Positions 17,823 to 26,953 of a stretch of 64,000 nucleotides of DNA are shown in pieces. Every line of letters starts with the position of its first letter. The stretch's first letter is position 1. Source of the DNA: Candidatus Poseidoniaceae archaeon (GTDB taxonomy: Archaea > Thermoplasmatota > Poseidoniia > Poseidoniales > Poseidoniaceae). Made by a program: the position numbers and the translations under genes. Under the pieces are notes generated by a model. The model was not told the origin of the DNA and searched no databases. It saw only the letters and a list, made by a program, of their open reading frames with translations. The stretch spans positions 39,658-103,657 of the forward strand of contig CASIAW010000002.1 of assembly GCA_949372875.1 (NCBI GenBank), read 5' to 3'.

Positions 17823-18701
17823 ATGAGAGTACTTTTGCTCGGTGCTTCCGGTTTTATCGGACAAAGCATTGTTTCGAAAGTTCCTGAACATGTTGAACTC
17901 ACTGGGACCTATTTCAAAAATGAGAAAAAAAGCAAACGCTGTCACTTTGAACAGCTAAATTACTTGAGCGAGGGGCTTGATTGGAATCAACTTATTGAGC
18001 CTTATTCATGTATTATCGTGGCAGCACGAGCGAATGCAGGCAATGGCAAGACTCGCGATGATATTTCGCAACGTTCACAATCCGCTTTTTCAAAAATGAT
18101 CAAAGCGGTGGAAGCAAGTGAATCAAAACCCTTTATCGTCGCAGTGAATGGAAGTTTAAGTTACGGGCATCGAGGTGAAGAGCTGGTAAGGACTGATGAT
18201 GAAATCAATCCTACAGGTTTTGCAAAATCGTATTCCATAGCCGAAAAACCGTTTCGCGACTATCTGAAACAACTCAATGATATTGCAATTGTACGGGCGC
18301 CATGGGTCTTAGGACCCGGGTCTTGGTTTTCACAAATGTACCTTACAGCAAATAAGATTCCGAAAATCGGGGATGGAAACCAGTGGATGGCAGTGGTAAC
18401 CGTAGATGGTTTAGCAGAATATGTTTGGGAATTAGTTGAGAGGCGGACTCTCGGAATCTACCATCCTAAACTAATCAGTCGATGCAGACAAAACGACTTT
18501 GCACATACAGTTCAACAGGTCACTAAAAAACAAACTCAAAAAGTTGGAAGATTGAGATTATGGAGAATGGAGAAACAAATGCGTGAATCAATTCTTGCCT
18601 CGATTAAATTGGACGATGGAGAAGGCAATCATTCGGAAAGCGAGACTGCCAAAAGGGAACTGAAAGCCGCTATGGAAGAGATTTATTCTGGCTTTTCATA
18701 G
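17823..18701 (+). CDS. NAD-dependent epimerase/dehydratase (extended SDR)
   Basis: N-terminal Rossmann motif MRVLLLGASGFIGQ. The longer ORF from 17739 has no supporting signal. Confidence 0.65.
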   Translation: MRVLLLGASGFIGQSIVSKVPEHVELTGTYFKNEKKSKRCHFEQLNYLSEGLDWNQLIEPYSCIIVAARANAGNGKTRDDISQRSQSAFSKMIKAVEASESKPFIVAVNGSLSYGHRGEELVRTDDEINPTGFAKSYSIAEKPFRDYLKQLNDIAIVRAPWVLGPGSWFSQMYLTANKIPKIGDGNQWMAVVTVDGLAEYVWELVERRTLGIYHPKLISRCRQNDFAHTVQQVTKKQTQKVGRLRLWRMEKQMRESILASIKLDDGEGNHSESETAKRELKAAMEEIYSGFS

Positions 18702-19483
18702 ATGTACAAACTGTATTCTCCTAAATTCCAAAAAGGAGTCCATTGCAAGAATGCATCGAATTTGTAGAGAAATTTACTGCGAATACTATCGAGTGGGGCC
18801 CAATGATGCCGATACCATGCTGGATGAGTAATACAGTAGCCACTGCGGTGCTTTTTGAGTAAGTCTTTCTTGAAGATTCCGTGAATTTGCCGAGCAGAGT
18901 AACACCTTGACGCTAAAAAACGGGTCGGGGAGTAGCCCCCCCACACTTTTCTTAACCGACTCATTGCCTTTTTTGGCCTTAGCATCACCATATTCCAGAG
19001 TATGTCAAAAGCGTACCATTTGTTAACGAAGGTCGCCACAATACGCCCTCCAGGTTTGAGGACTTTTGACATGTCTAAAACTGCATTTTCAAGTTCTGCA
19101 CATGTATTAAGGGCTCCAAAAAATACGTAGATTGTGTCAATTGAATCTGGTTCAAGATACTTTGTTGAATCTTCTGGACCCCCTAGAAGCGGGTTCATCT
19201 TCGACAACTTTTTTGCTTTTTGTGAAACAATCTTGTGGAACTCAGGAGTAATGTCAAGTCCATTGACAGATTCAACTTTATTGACCTCTGCAAACCAAAC
19301 CATATCAAGGCCAGGCCCATAGCCAATTTCTAGCAAATTTTGAACATCTCCTTCGAGAACTTTTTGGCGAAATACGTTTCTTAAAGTCATCAAAACATGG
19401 TTATCATTCGCACGAGATTCAAAACTTTCAGCCTCTTCATCATAATAATCTGCAACTGATTGATGATACTTTTCAGCATTCAT
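18683..19483 (-). CDS. class I SAM-dependent methyltransferase
   Basis: Motif I (LEIGYGPGLD) and the post-I acidic residue are present, with LKPGGRIV downstream. The start overlaps the stop of the upstream NTase by 4 nt. Confidence 0.75.
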   Translation of the reverse strand: MNAEKYHQSVADYYDEEAESFESRANDNHVLMTLRNVFRQKVLEGDVQNLLEIGYGPGLDMVWFAEVNKVESVNGLDITPEFHKIVSQKAKKLSKMNPLLGGPEDSTKYLEPDSIDTIYVFFGALNTCAELENAVLDMSKVLKPGGRIVATFVNKWYAFDILWNMVMLRPKKAMSRLRKVWGGYSPTRFLASRCYSARQIHGIFKKDLLKKHRSGYCITHPAWYRHHWAPLDSIRSKFLYKFDAFLQWTPFWNLGEYSLYIYEKPE

Positions 19484-20388
19484 GAGACCGCCTCAATCAC
19501 ATTGCTGTATTCTGCTTCAATACGCGACTTGTGGCTGTTTTCGTGGCCTCTGCAAACCGATTTTGAATAGACTGCTTCCTTTGATTCAGAGGAATCAGTC
19601 AGTTGTTTTATTCGACGGGATGCTTCCCATGATTCAATGATTCTTCCGAGCAAAGGGAGTCTCATGACCCTCCACCACCATGGGTACTGCCGTTTTTGTT
19701 CAAGGGTAATGGCTGCTTTTCGTCTTGCATTTGGCAGCATTTCTTCAGTCCAGGGGTTCTTCGAATAAAGTTCAGAAATCCCCCCATCGTCCTTAATCGG
19801 AATTATTTGCATCATTTCACGAGCACTGTAGATTCCTTTTTCAAACTCCAACGAATCTTCGGACATGACCATGTTCGGGCAAAGGAGATTGCCTTTGGGG
19901 TGCTTGTGTGAAAGATAGATGGCTAAGGCACGAATTCTCCATACCCATCCTGGTTTGGTGATTATCAACACATCAACGTCACCGTCTTCCGCATTCACGC
20001 CTGCTGCTACTGAGCCGGTAATAGCAAGGCCAGTAATTTGTTGGCATGAATTTAGAATTGACAACACCTCCTTGGTCTCTTCAAGAGTCTTTCTTGCGAG
20101 TTCTTTCGAATACGTATGATTCAAGTTTTTTGGATATTTATCGGAAAAAACGATTCCGTCTTCAAGACGTAAGTGCGATGATGTGCTAATGGCTGATAGA
20201 AGATCGGAGCGCGTCGATTTTACTCGTAAGTTTCTCAACAAATCATCTATTTCCATGTGATGATCGAAGATGCTGGAATAAGCCAATACCTCGTCGATTG
20301 CTTCTACGATTTCTTGAACGACCGTAGAATTCATAGTGAACAATTTGGCTACAGGCCATCGGCTTAAGAAGTAGTGAGATAATTTCAC
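19480..20388 (-). CDS. Pol-beta superfamily nucleotidyltransferase with N- and C-terminal extensions
   Basis: The GS-x10-DVDV motif (ITGSVAAGVNAEDGDVDVLII) has a third acidic residue ~40 aa downstream (VMSED). A Trp-rich C-terminal region follows (PWWWRVMRL). The start may be the internal Met at ~20334. Confidence 0.6.
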   Translation of the reverse strand: MKLSHYFLSRWPVAKLFTMNSTVVQEIVEAIDEVLAYSSIFDHHMEIDDLLRNLRVKSTRSDLLSAISTSSHLRLEDGIVFSDKYPKNLNHTYSKELARKTLEETKEVLSILNSCQQITGLAITGSVAAGVNAEDGDVDVLIITKPGWVWRIRALAIYLSHKHPKGNLLCPNMVMSEDSLEFEKGIYSAREMMQIIPIKDDGGISELYSKNPWTEEMLPNARRKAAITLEQKRQYPWWWRVMRLPLLGRIIESWEASRRIKQLTDSSESKEAVYSKSVCRGHENSHKSRIEAEYSNVIEAVS

Positions 20389-20431
20389 TTCATTAGAAGT
20401 TCTAAAAACAGGGCCTGTCTTCGTCTAAATT

Positions 20432-22330
20432 ATGAGTGATGATTTGAGCCTCGGCCATCAATTCACTTTGCAACTCATGCCTGTTCTGATGATTATAGGT
20501 GCAATCATGTCACTTGGTGCCAATTTTTGGTTACCGCCGTCTCTACTTCTTGCCATCTGTTTTGCTCTGGTCGTTTACTGGCTCTACACAATGAAAGATC
20601 TTCGTTTCCAATGGAAAGACCTTCGCTTCCTCATTCTTCCGTCTGTCGTATTAGGTATTGGTTTTCTGACGCATTATCATCTCACACCCGCATTTAATGA
20701 TCAAGCATATCATCTTCAGATTTCGAACAGAATTCTTGACAGATGGGATTGGGAGCCGACGCATCAAGGAATGAGTTACTCTTTTCGACCTGAGCTTCTT
20801 TCTGGAATTGCAGCGGTTGAACTTTGGATGACAGGAAAGACGTCCTCTGTTTTGGTTGTACCGGCGCTTATTCTAATCGCAGCAGCCTGGTCCATTCAAC
20901 ATCTCGGCGAGCGTTTCAGCGATTGGAAGGTTGGATTTATCGCAAGTGCAGTCTTCTGTACATTTCCTATCGTGGTCATCTATGGCAGAACTATGTTAAT
21001 GGATGTGGCATTAGCGGGAATGATAGTTTCGGTTCTCCATCATCTGGAAATAACAGATAAATTGGAGGGTTCTAAACTCATTGTAATAGGAATGCTATCA
21101 GGAATTACGGGGTTAACAAAATACGCTTATCTTTACCTCGGCGGATGGATAGTCATTATTCTATTACTTAGGAAAGAATATCAAAAAAGTAAGTTTATTG
21201 CTATCGGTTATTCCATTATTCTTGGACTATTTCTTATCAAGAATCAAATACACACCGGCTGGATATTCGGTCCACTACAATCACAAATTACTGGAACCAT
21301 GGTGAGCATTAATTCGATTGCAGGCAAAGAGGTTGCATACACACCTAACCAATTTCTTTCCGAATTCGTGGAACAATGGCCAATACTTCTGCTGTGTATT
21401 GCCCTGTATGGCACCGCACTGTTAGTGAGGTATGAAAAAAAAATCATCACCGATTATTGGATTTTAATACTCCCAGCAATCTTTCTTCATGGGTATCTGT
21501 TAAATTTTGGGTGGATACGATATTCAACTCCATGGCTTGCCTTGTTGACGGTAAGTATTCCTGCCGCACTTTGGCATTCTAGGAATGAATTTGGTGAGCA
21601 GTTACATCGACTCAAGATTCCTTCTATCCTTATCGGAATTTTAGTAATATCTACTATCAGTCCAACTTTTCACGATATCAAGGACGTGAACGAGAATACT
21701 GGGGTTTTTTCTTTTGATCAAAGAAAGTCGTGGTCTGAAATTTATACCGGAGTTGGATCAGAATTTGATAGGAGTAGCAGAGTCATTACTGGAATGGACA
21801 TCACGCTTGGATTGTATGCAGAAACTCCGAGCTATCGGTATGAAGATCAGAACTTTCCGATACTGCAAGCAATAAATAAATTTGAGGCAAGCCACATTTT
21901 TACTCAAGATACCCTATTTCGGTATGATATCGAGATTAACAGCACCTTCTTGTTTGGTTCACCCATAGAACCGGTCAAGGAATATACGTCGAATGAACAT
22001 ACTGGGCGGTTGTGGAAAGTTAATTCTGACCGTTTAAATCAGTCTGATTGGTGGAGAAATAGTACCATCGAAGTGAACGGTAATGGAGCACATTTTGGAG
22101 ATTTTGTTTGGTTAGAGAACGGTTCAAATTTTGAACTCTTGGAAGATACCGCAATACATCGAATTTATCAGGTGAATACGGAAATGGTTTTGCAGGAAGT
22201 TTTTGACGTTCTCGCTCATAATCGCCAAAACTTACTTTGTGATACAATTGAAGGTTGCTCACATTACAACAGAACCGAATATCTTGAACAAAATTGGGCT
22301 GTTTGGATGATAAAAACGGATTCTGAATAA
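20432..22330 (+). CDS. GT-C fold membrane glycosyltransferase (ArnT/PMT-like) with C-terminal soluble domain
   Basis: 632 aa with ~12 N-terminal TM helices, then a ~250-aa soluble domain. No WWDYG motif is present, so it is not clearly AglB. It lies divergent from the NTase-MTase pair. Confidence 0.5.
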   Translation: MSDDLSLGHQFTLQLMPVLMIIGAIMSLGANFWLPPSLLLAICFALVVYWLYTMKDLRFQWKDLRFLILPSVVLGIGFLTHYHLTPAFNDQAYHLQISNRILDRWDWEPTHQGMSYSFRPELLSGIAAVELWMTGKTSSVLVVPALILIAAAWSIQHLGERFSDWKVGFIASAVFCTFPIVVIYGRTMLMDVALAGMIVSVLHHLEITDKLEGSKLIVIGMLSGITGLTKYAYLYLGGWIVIILLLRKEYQKSKFIAIGYSIILGLFLIKNQIHTGWIFGPLQSQITGTMVSINSIAGKEVAYTPNQFLSEFVEQWPILLLCIALYGTALLVRYEKKIITDYWILILPAIFLHGYLLNFGWIRYSTPWLALLTVSIPAALWHSRNEFGEQLHRLKIPSILIGILVISTISPTFHDIKDVNENTGVFSFDQRKSWSEIYTGVGSEFDRSSRVITGMDITLGLYAETPSYRYEDQNFPILQAINKFEASHIFTQDTLFRYDIEINSTFLFGSPIEPVKEYTSNEHTGRLWKVNSDRLNQSDWWRNSTIEVNGNGAHFGDFVWLENGSNFELLEDTAIHRIYQVNTEMVLQEVFDVLAHNRQNLLCDTIEGCSHYNRTEYLEQNWAVWMIKTDSE

Positions 22331-22350
22331 ATCGCAATGGGAATCCTTTG

Positions 22351-22887
22351 TTACATTGGTTTGGGCCATGGGCGGCTTTCATCGTCCCAGGTCGCCCATT
22401 CTAGAACCCATGGATCCATGAACGGTTCAAGCTCATATCCAAGGTCTCGCATAACATCCCCTGGAGGGGCTGTTCCTCCTTTGAATCGTATTCCAGCCCG
22501 GATTAACGCAGAGGACTTGACTTCTCCTCTCTGTTCAATTGTTTGTTGGAAATAGTAGAACTTCTCGTCAAAACCAACGATTTTTGAGCGAACAGTGGCT
22601 TTTCGAAACGGTACGAGCCGTTTCCTGTACCGCATGGTTGAACCACCAATGACAAAGGCATACTTCTTTTTTCGAACGTATTGAAACAAACCAATCTCAA
22701 AGGCAATATCGTATCTAGCAAGATCACAAAAGACATAATGTCGGCCATTGTTCACTTCAGGATAAACATCGATATCTCCAAGGCCGGGGCGAAAACTCCA
22801 CCGGTACTCTCTCTCAATATCGAAAGATTGTTTTTTGCGAAAGAGATTTCCAAGCATCATCTTGATGAGTCGATGATAAGGATACAC
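22351..22887 (-). CDS. hotdog-fold thioesterase-like protein
   Basis: A DIDVYPEVNNGRHYVFCDLARYD segment resembles the 4HBT thioesterase signature (DxDxxGHVNNxxY...AR). The match is weak. Confidence 0.4.
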   Translation of the reverse strand: MYPYHRLIKMMLGNLFRKKQSFDIEREYRWSFRPGLGDIDVYPEVNNGRHYVFCDLARYDIAFEIGLFQYVRKKKYAFVIGGSTMRYRKRLVPFRKATVRSKIVGFDEKFYYFQQTIEQRGEVKSSALIRAGIRFKGGTAPPGDVMRDLGYELEPFMDPWVLEWATWDDESRPWPKPM

Positions 22888-22968
22888 AAACCAGTTCCGA
22901 AAGAGCCGGTATATAGTGCCGTGCCACTAAGTTCTTACGAATTGAAATCATTTCCCTCGAAAGATGAT

Positions 22969-23991
22969 TCAATCACGAGTCCACAGATGGACCGTTTCCA
23001 CACCCCATGATTCAGTGGCTGTGTGTGAAAGACCAGCTGAGGAAAGACGTTCAACATCGATGTTTGAAGCAATCGGCTTTTGATGAACGACTTCACTGTG
23101 AATCAAGTAGAACTCATCGACCAACCCTTGGTCGAGGAACGAGGACACTGTTGTAGGGCCTCCTTCGACCATAACACGCTGAATTTCCTTGTCAGCAAGG
23201 AGATTGAGAAGTGCTGGCAAGGAAGTGAAATCTTTGCCCATCACGAGTGTTTCATGCTCATCGTTGAGGAGAAGAGCCTCTTTTGGAGTACGCTGATTTG
23301 GATCGATAATAATTCGAAGAGGTTGGCGCTCCGTCTCAACTCGTCGAACCGTAAGTTGTGGATTGTCTCTGACAACGGTTTCAACCCCGACAAGAACTGC
23401 ATCGCACTCTTTACGAAGAGCGTGAACATGGTCGAGGCACTCTTCGGAAGTGAATCGCTGTGCGTTAAGGCTACGGTCATCAACCGAACCGTTCGCATCG
23501 ACTGCCATTTTGACCGTAACAACTGGACGACGATGTTGACACCAATGGAGAAATGGGCGCATTTGAACGGCAGCCTCCGCTTCTAACAAGCCTTGTCGAA
23601 CGAGAATACCTGCCTCTTGGAGAACCTGAATCCCCTGTCCTCGAACGGTCGGATTTGGGTCATAGTGAGCCACGATGACTTCTTTGACTCCTGCCCACAT
23701 CAGAGCTTCAGTACACGGTGGAGTGCGGCCAAAGTGATTGCATGGCTCAAGTGTAACATAGGCTGTTGCTCCGTTTGATGAATGGCCCTTCGATTCAGCA
23801 TCGTGGATAGCCATTTGTTCAGCATGGAGTCCACCGAGGTGGTCGTGCCAACCTTCAGCGATGACTTCTCCATCCTTGACCAATACACAGCCAACAAGCG
23901 GGTTTGGGCTAACCTTGCCTCGGCCACGTTCTGCGACTTCAAGGGCCCGTTGCATGAACCGCTTTTCGTCTACAGTCCATGGACTCGCCAT
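22969..23991 (-). CDS. ribD: bifunctional riboflavin biosynthesis protein RibD (pyrimidine deaminase + reductase)
   Basis: CDA-fold zinc motifs HAEQMAI and PCNHFGRTPPC are present. The C-terminal RibD reductase domain is fused, as in the bacterial arrangement. Confidence 0.85.
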   Translation of the reverse strand: MASPWTVDEKRFMQRALEVAERGRGKVSPNPLVGCVLVKDGEVIAEGWHDHLGGLHAEQMAIHDAESKGHSSNGATAYVTLEPCNHFGRTPPCTEALMWAGVKEVIVAHYDPNPTVRGQGIQVLQEAGILVRQGLLEAEAAVQMRPFLHWCQHRRPVVTVKMAVDANGSVDDRSLNAQRFTSEECLDHVHALRKECDAVLVGVETVVRDNPQLTVRRVETERQPLRIIIDPNQRTPKEALLLNDEHETLVMGKDFTSLPALLNLLADKEIQRVMVEGGPTTVSSFLDQGLVDEFYLIHSEVVHQKPIASNIDVERLSSAGLSHTATESWGVETVHLWTRD

Positions 23992-24190
23992 ACACCTTCC
24001 ACATCGGTCGGGTTCAAGACCTCTTGCATTTCACTTCAAACTAATTCCCGTCAAATGGTCCATGAAAAGACTATTGCACCGTGTAAACGGGTTTTTATGC
24101 AATATGAATTGATTTTAACCCACCCTAAATTGGCTGGGTGTGCGGCTGTTATAGAGAAGGTTTGAAACCAAACACCCACCTCTTCTAAGC

Positions 24191-25255
24191 ATGTCAAACG
24201 ATGAGGCAGGGCAAGGGCCCGTTGCTCTAAACTTCGAACCTGACCTGTCAACAAAGCAGAAAAAAGGGGCACACAAACCCATTTACGCTAAGGTTTTTAC
24301 TCAAAAACCTGTAAAAACGAAGACCATCAAGCAAATTCATCTTTTGGTAAACCCTTACGCTGGTAAGCGAAAAGGAAAGAAAATCGGCGAGCAAGTCAAA
24401 AGCTTACTCGAACAAGAGGGGAAAACTGTAAATATCCATTTTTCAGACTACAGCGGCCACTTAACTGAAATTGCCCAGGGCATCAATGCATCAGAAGAAG
24501 ACATCTTCGCTGTTGTTGGAGGCGATGGAAGTCTATCAGAAGTGATTACCGGGCGAATGAACGCTCAACCAGATGCAGGCGGTTTATTCGCCCTTATTCC
24601 TGCAGGAACTGGAAATTCAATGGCGAACGATCTACGTCTTACATCAACTGAGCAAGCCGTTCATTGCATCGTTCATGGTGCTCGTCAAAGTCTGGATTTG
24701 GCGAAAGTGGAAATGGTTAATGGGCTTCCAGGTGCCGAAAACGGTCAAACTGTTCGATACAGCCACAATCTCGTCACTTGGGGACTGGGAGTCGATTCTA
24801 CAATCAAAGCAGAAAAAATGCGCTGGATGGGGCCGATTCGGTATGATGTCGGCATCCTAATGGCCATCATGGCGAACAATCGCCGTCAAGCAACACTGAC
24901 CATTGACGGTACTGAAATGCGAGGTGACTACACGCTCTTTTTGATTCAAAACAGTCAAACTGGTGGCTCGATGTTGCCGCTCGCACCAGGTGCATCGTTG
25001 GATGACGGACTGATGGACATTGGTATTTTGAAGAAAATGACGCGTAGAGATGTGCTCAAAGCCTTTGGAATGCTCAAAAACGAAGGTCGGCACGTGTTCC
25101 ATCCACGTGTTGATTACCATAAGTTCCGAACTTTGTCTATCGAGACTCCAGCACCTGCAGCAATCAATGTAGATGGAGAGAACATTGGCTCTACACCATT
25201 GAACATGGAAGTCTTGCCGGGTGCAGTTCAAATCTGCGTGCCACTCTCAGAATGA
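24191..25255 (+). CDS. DAGK_cat-family lipid kinase (YegS/BmrU-like)
   Basis: Motifs present: IHLLVNPYAGKRKG, the VVGGDGSLSEV glycine loop, and GTGNSMANDL. Confidence 0.8.
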   Translation: MSNDEAGQGPVALNFEPDLSTKQKKGAHKPIYAKVFTQKPVKTKTIKQIHLLVNPYAGKRKGKKIGEQVKSLLEQEGKTVNIHFSDYSGHLTEIAQGINASEEDIFAVVGGDGSLSEVITGRMNAQPDAGGLFALIPAGTGNSMANDLRLTSTEQAVHCIVHGARQSLDLAKVEMVNGLPGAENGQTVRYSHNLVTWGLGVDSTIKAEKMRWMGPIRYDVGILMAIMANNRRQATLTIDGTEMRGDYTLFLIQNSQTGGSMLPLAPGASLDDGLMDIGILKKMTRRDVLKAFGMLKNEGRHVFHPRVDYHKFRTLSIETPAPAAINVDGENIGSTPLNMEVLPGAVQICVPLSE

Positions 25256-26731
25256 AAAGTCTGAAAACTCTTCATCAGGCTCTTCGAATGTTTCTCGAGA
25301 AGTTTGCTTAGGTTCTTCTTCTGGAGCAACCGGGGTTTCTTGTTTTGGTGTCGACGCTTTTCGCTTTCGGACCGTTTTTCTGGAAGGAGGGCCGGATGCT
25401 TTCTTAGAAGTGGGGGCTGAAGAGGTGAAATGCTCTCTCTGCTGACGTGGTGGTTGACTCGAGGTGACGCTTGATTTCGAAGGCGACTGCCATGGTGGTG
25501 AAGATGATTGAATCGGTATTCCAATATCGGAGGACTGTTCGGTTATCTCTCGCTCCATTTCTTGAGATTCAATGGTTTCAACTACGGATGAGCCCTTACC
25601 ACCAAATTCAGTTGTTGAGCCCATGCTTGGGCCTGATGAGAGAACGCTATCAAGGTCAAAACCTGCGAGTTCTGGTTCAGAAGATGCCTTGTTTGATTCT
25701 TGCGGTTTCTTGTCTGAAGCATGTTTTCTTGCAGCAGCTTTACGTTCTGCGGGGGAGGTCATACCTGATGCTTTTGCAGATTTTACATCTTTCTTAACCT
25801 GCTTAATGTTGTCCATGCCAGCTTTTCCGAGCAGTGTTTTCATGGTAGATTTTGCTCCTTGCATGACAAACATCTTTGAGAGAATGAAGGCACCTACTGC
25901 GCCACCGATTCCAAATGCCAAGAAGAAGAGGACGTAACCTGCTCTGCCAATAAGTGGAACATCCCCATGAACCCATTCATCACTCGATTCACCATCTGAA
26001 CTAATCACTGCCCCATCCAACTGAATACTTGTAACAAGAACGTATGCGTTCTCTTTGTTCTGCGTACCAATAGCAAGACTGCAATCATCTTCTGCGGTCT
26101 GGTAATTGTAATATCCTGGTGCATTTCCACTTGAATCGGTTTGGACAAGATAACCGTTAATGGTCACCGATTGATGCCATTCATCCAAAGCAGTCAAACC
26201 GTTGTGGATGTTTTCTGTCGTCGGAATGAGTCCAAGGATGTACCAGCGTGTGTCTGAATCTCGGTCAACTTCGTCAAGGTCAACTGAGCCTGCCCCCGTT
26301 TCTGGGTTGAGAGGCACATCCCAGTTTTTAACGTCAATTCTTGAACCATCGCCTTCGACCACATTGTTGGCATCTTGAATGCTCATCCGTTGGATTGCCA
26401 CACTAGTTGCTACGCCATAGTCAAGGCCATTTGCACCACCAGCAGGAGAGTGGGAGGAATAGAAGTGACTCGCAGCCAAATAGCCTGAGAAGGAAACGGT
26501 GCCTGAATTATTACTACCTAATTCACCAACATCTGATGCACAGCCTATGGCTTCAATACCTGAAATCTCCATAGATTCAGAACCTAAGCCACTTTTTACA
26601 GTTGTTGATTCTTGAGAAAAGTCGACATGCAATTCGCCGCTGTCGGCTCCCCATGTAGCGGTTGAAGGACCTAAGCAGCCTGCGAGAGTCATGCTGAGGA
26701 CGAGCAAGACGGCAAATCGGACTCGGCGCAT
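25247..26731 (-). CDS. single-pass membrane protein with large extracytoplasmic domain and K/S/P/E-rich cytoplasmic tail
   Basis: Signal peptide with a lipobox-like LAGC, an extracellular domain, a TM helix (VLFFLAFGIGGAVGAFIL), and a low-complexity basic/acidic tail. Confidence 0.5.
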   Translation of the reverse strand: MRRVRFAVLLVLSMTLAGCLGPSTATWGADSGELHVDFSQESTTVKSGLGSESMEISGIEAIGCASDVGELGSNNSGTVSFSGYLAASHFYSSHSPAGGANGLDYGVATSVAIQRMSIQDANNVVEGDGSRIDVKNWDVPLNPETGAGSVDLDEVDRDSDTRWYILGLIPTTENIHNGLTALDEWHQSVTINGYLVQTDSSGNAPGYYNYQTAEDDCSLAIGTQNKENAYVLVTSIQLDGAVISSDGESSDEWVHGDVPLIGRAGYVLFFLAFGIGGAVGAFILSKMFVMQGAKSTMKTLLGKAGMDNIKQVKKDVKSAKASGMTSPAERKAAARKHASDKKPQESNKASSEPELAGFDLDSVLSSGPSMGSTTEFGGKGSSVVETIESQEMEREITEQSSDIGIPIQSSSPPWQSPSKSSVTSSQPPRQQREHFTSSAPTSKKASGPPSRKTVRKRKASTPKQETPVAPEEEPKQTSRETFEEPDEEFSDFSF

Positions 26732-26806
26732 GTTTGACCGAGGGGTGCTTTAGTTTGAGAACTCTTCCGTTCATCCCCCTAGGAAACTCAACGAAAAAAG
26801 AGAAGG

Positions 26807-26889
26807 CGCAGAGAGAGGGATTCGAACCCCCGAGTCCTAGGGACAGTGGATTTCAAGTCCACCGCAATACCGGGCTATGCGATCTCTGC
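26807..26889 (-). tRNA. tRNA-Ser (anticodon UGA), type II
   Basis: Hand-folded on the minus strand. The acceptor stem is GCAGAGA/UCUCUGC, with U8 and D-loop GG. The anticodon loop is CUUGAAA (UGA). The variable arm is GUCC-CUA-GGAC. The T arm is GGGGG-TTCGAAT-CCCTC. The discriminator G fits Ser; CC follows. Confidence 0.75.
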
Positions 26890-26953
26890 AACAATTCGGG
26901 ACGGTAGGTCCCGTTATCGCATCTGTAGGTCGGATGACAGTTCAATATGAGCC

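Noticed and set aside
19480-20388. NTase as a CBASS cGAS/DncV-like cyclase
   Set aside because: The third acidic residue is only ~40 aa after the DVDV motif, which is Pol-beta/MNT-like spacing. No effector, Cap or HORMA gene is adjacent; the neighbour is a SAM MTase.
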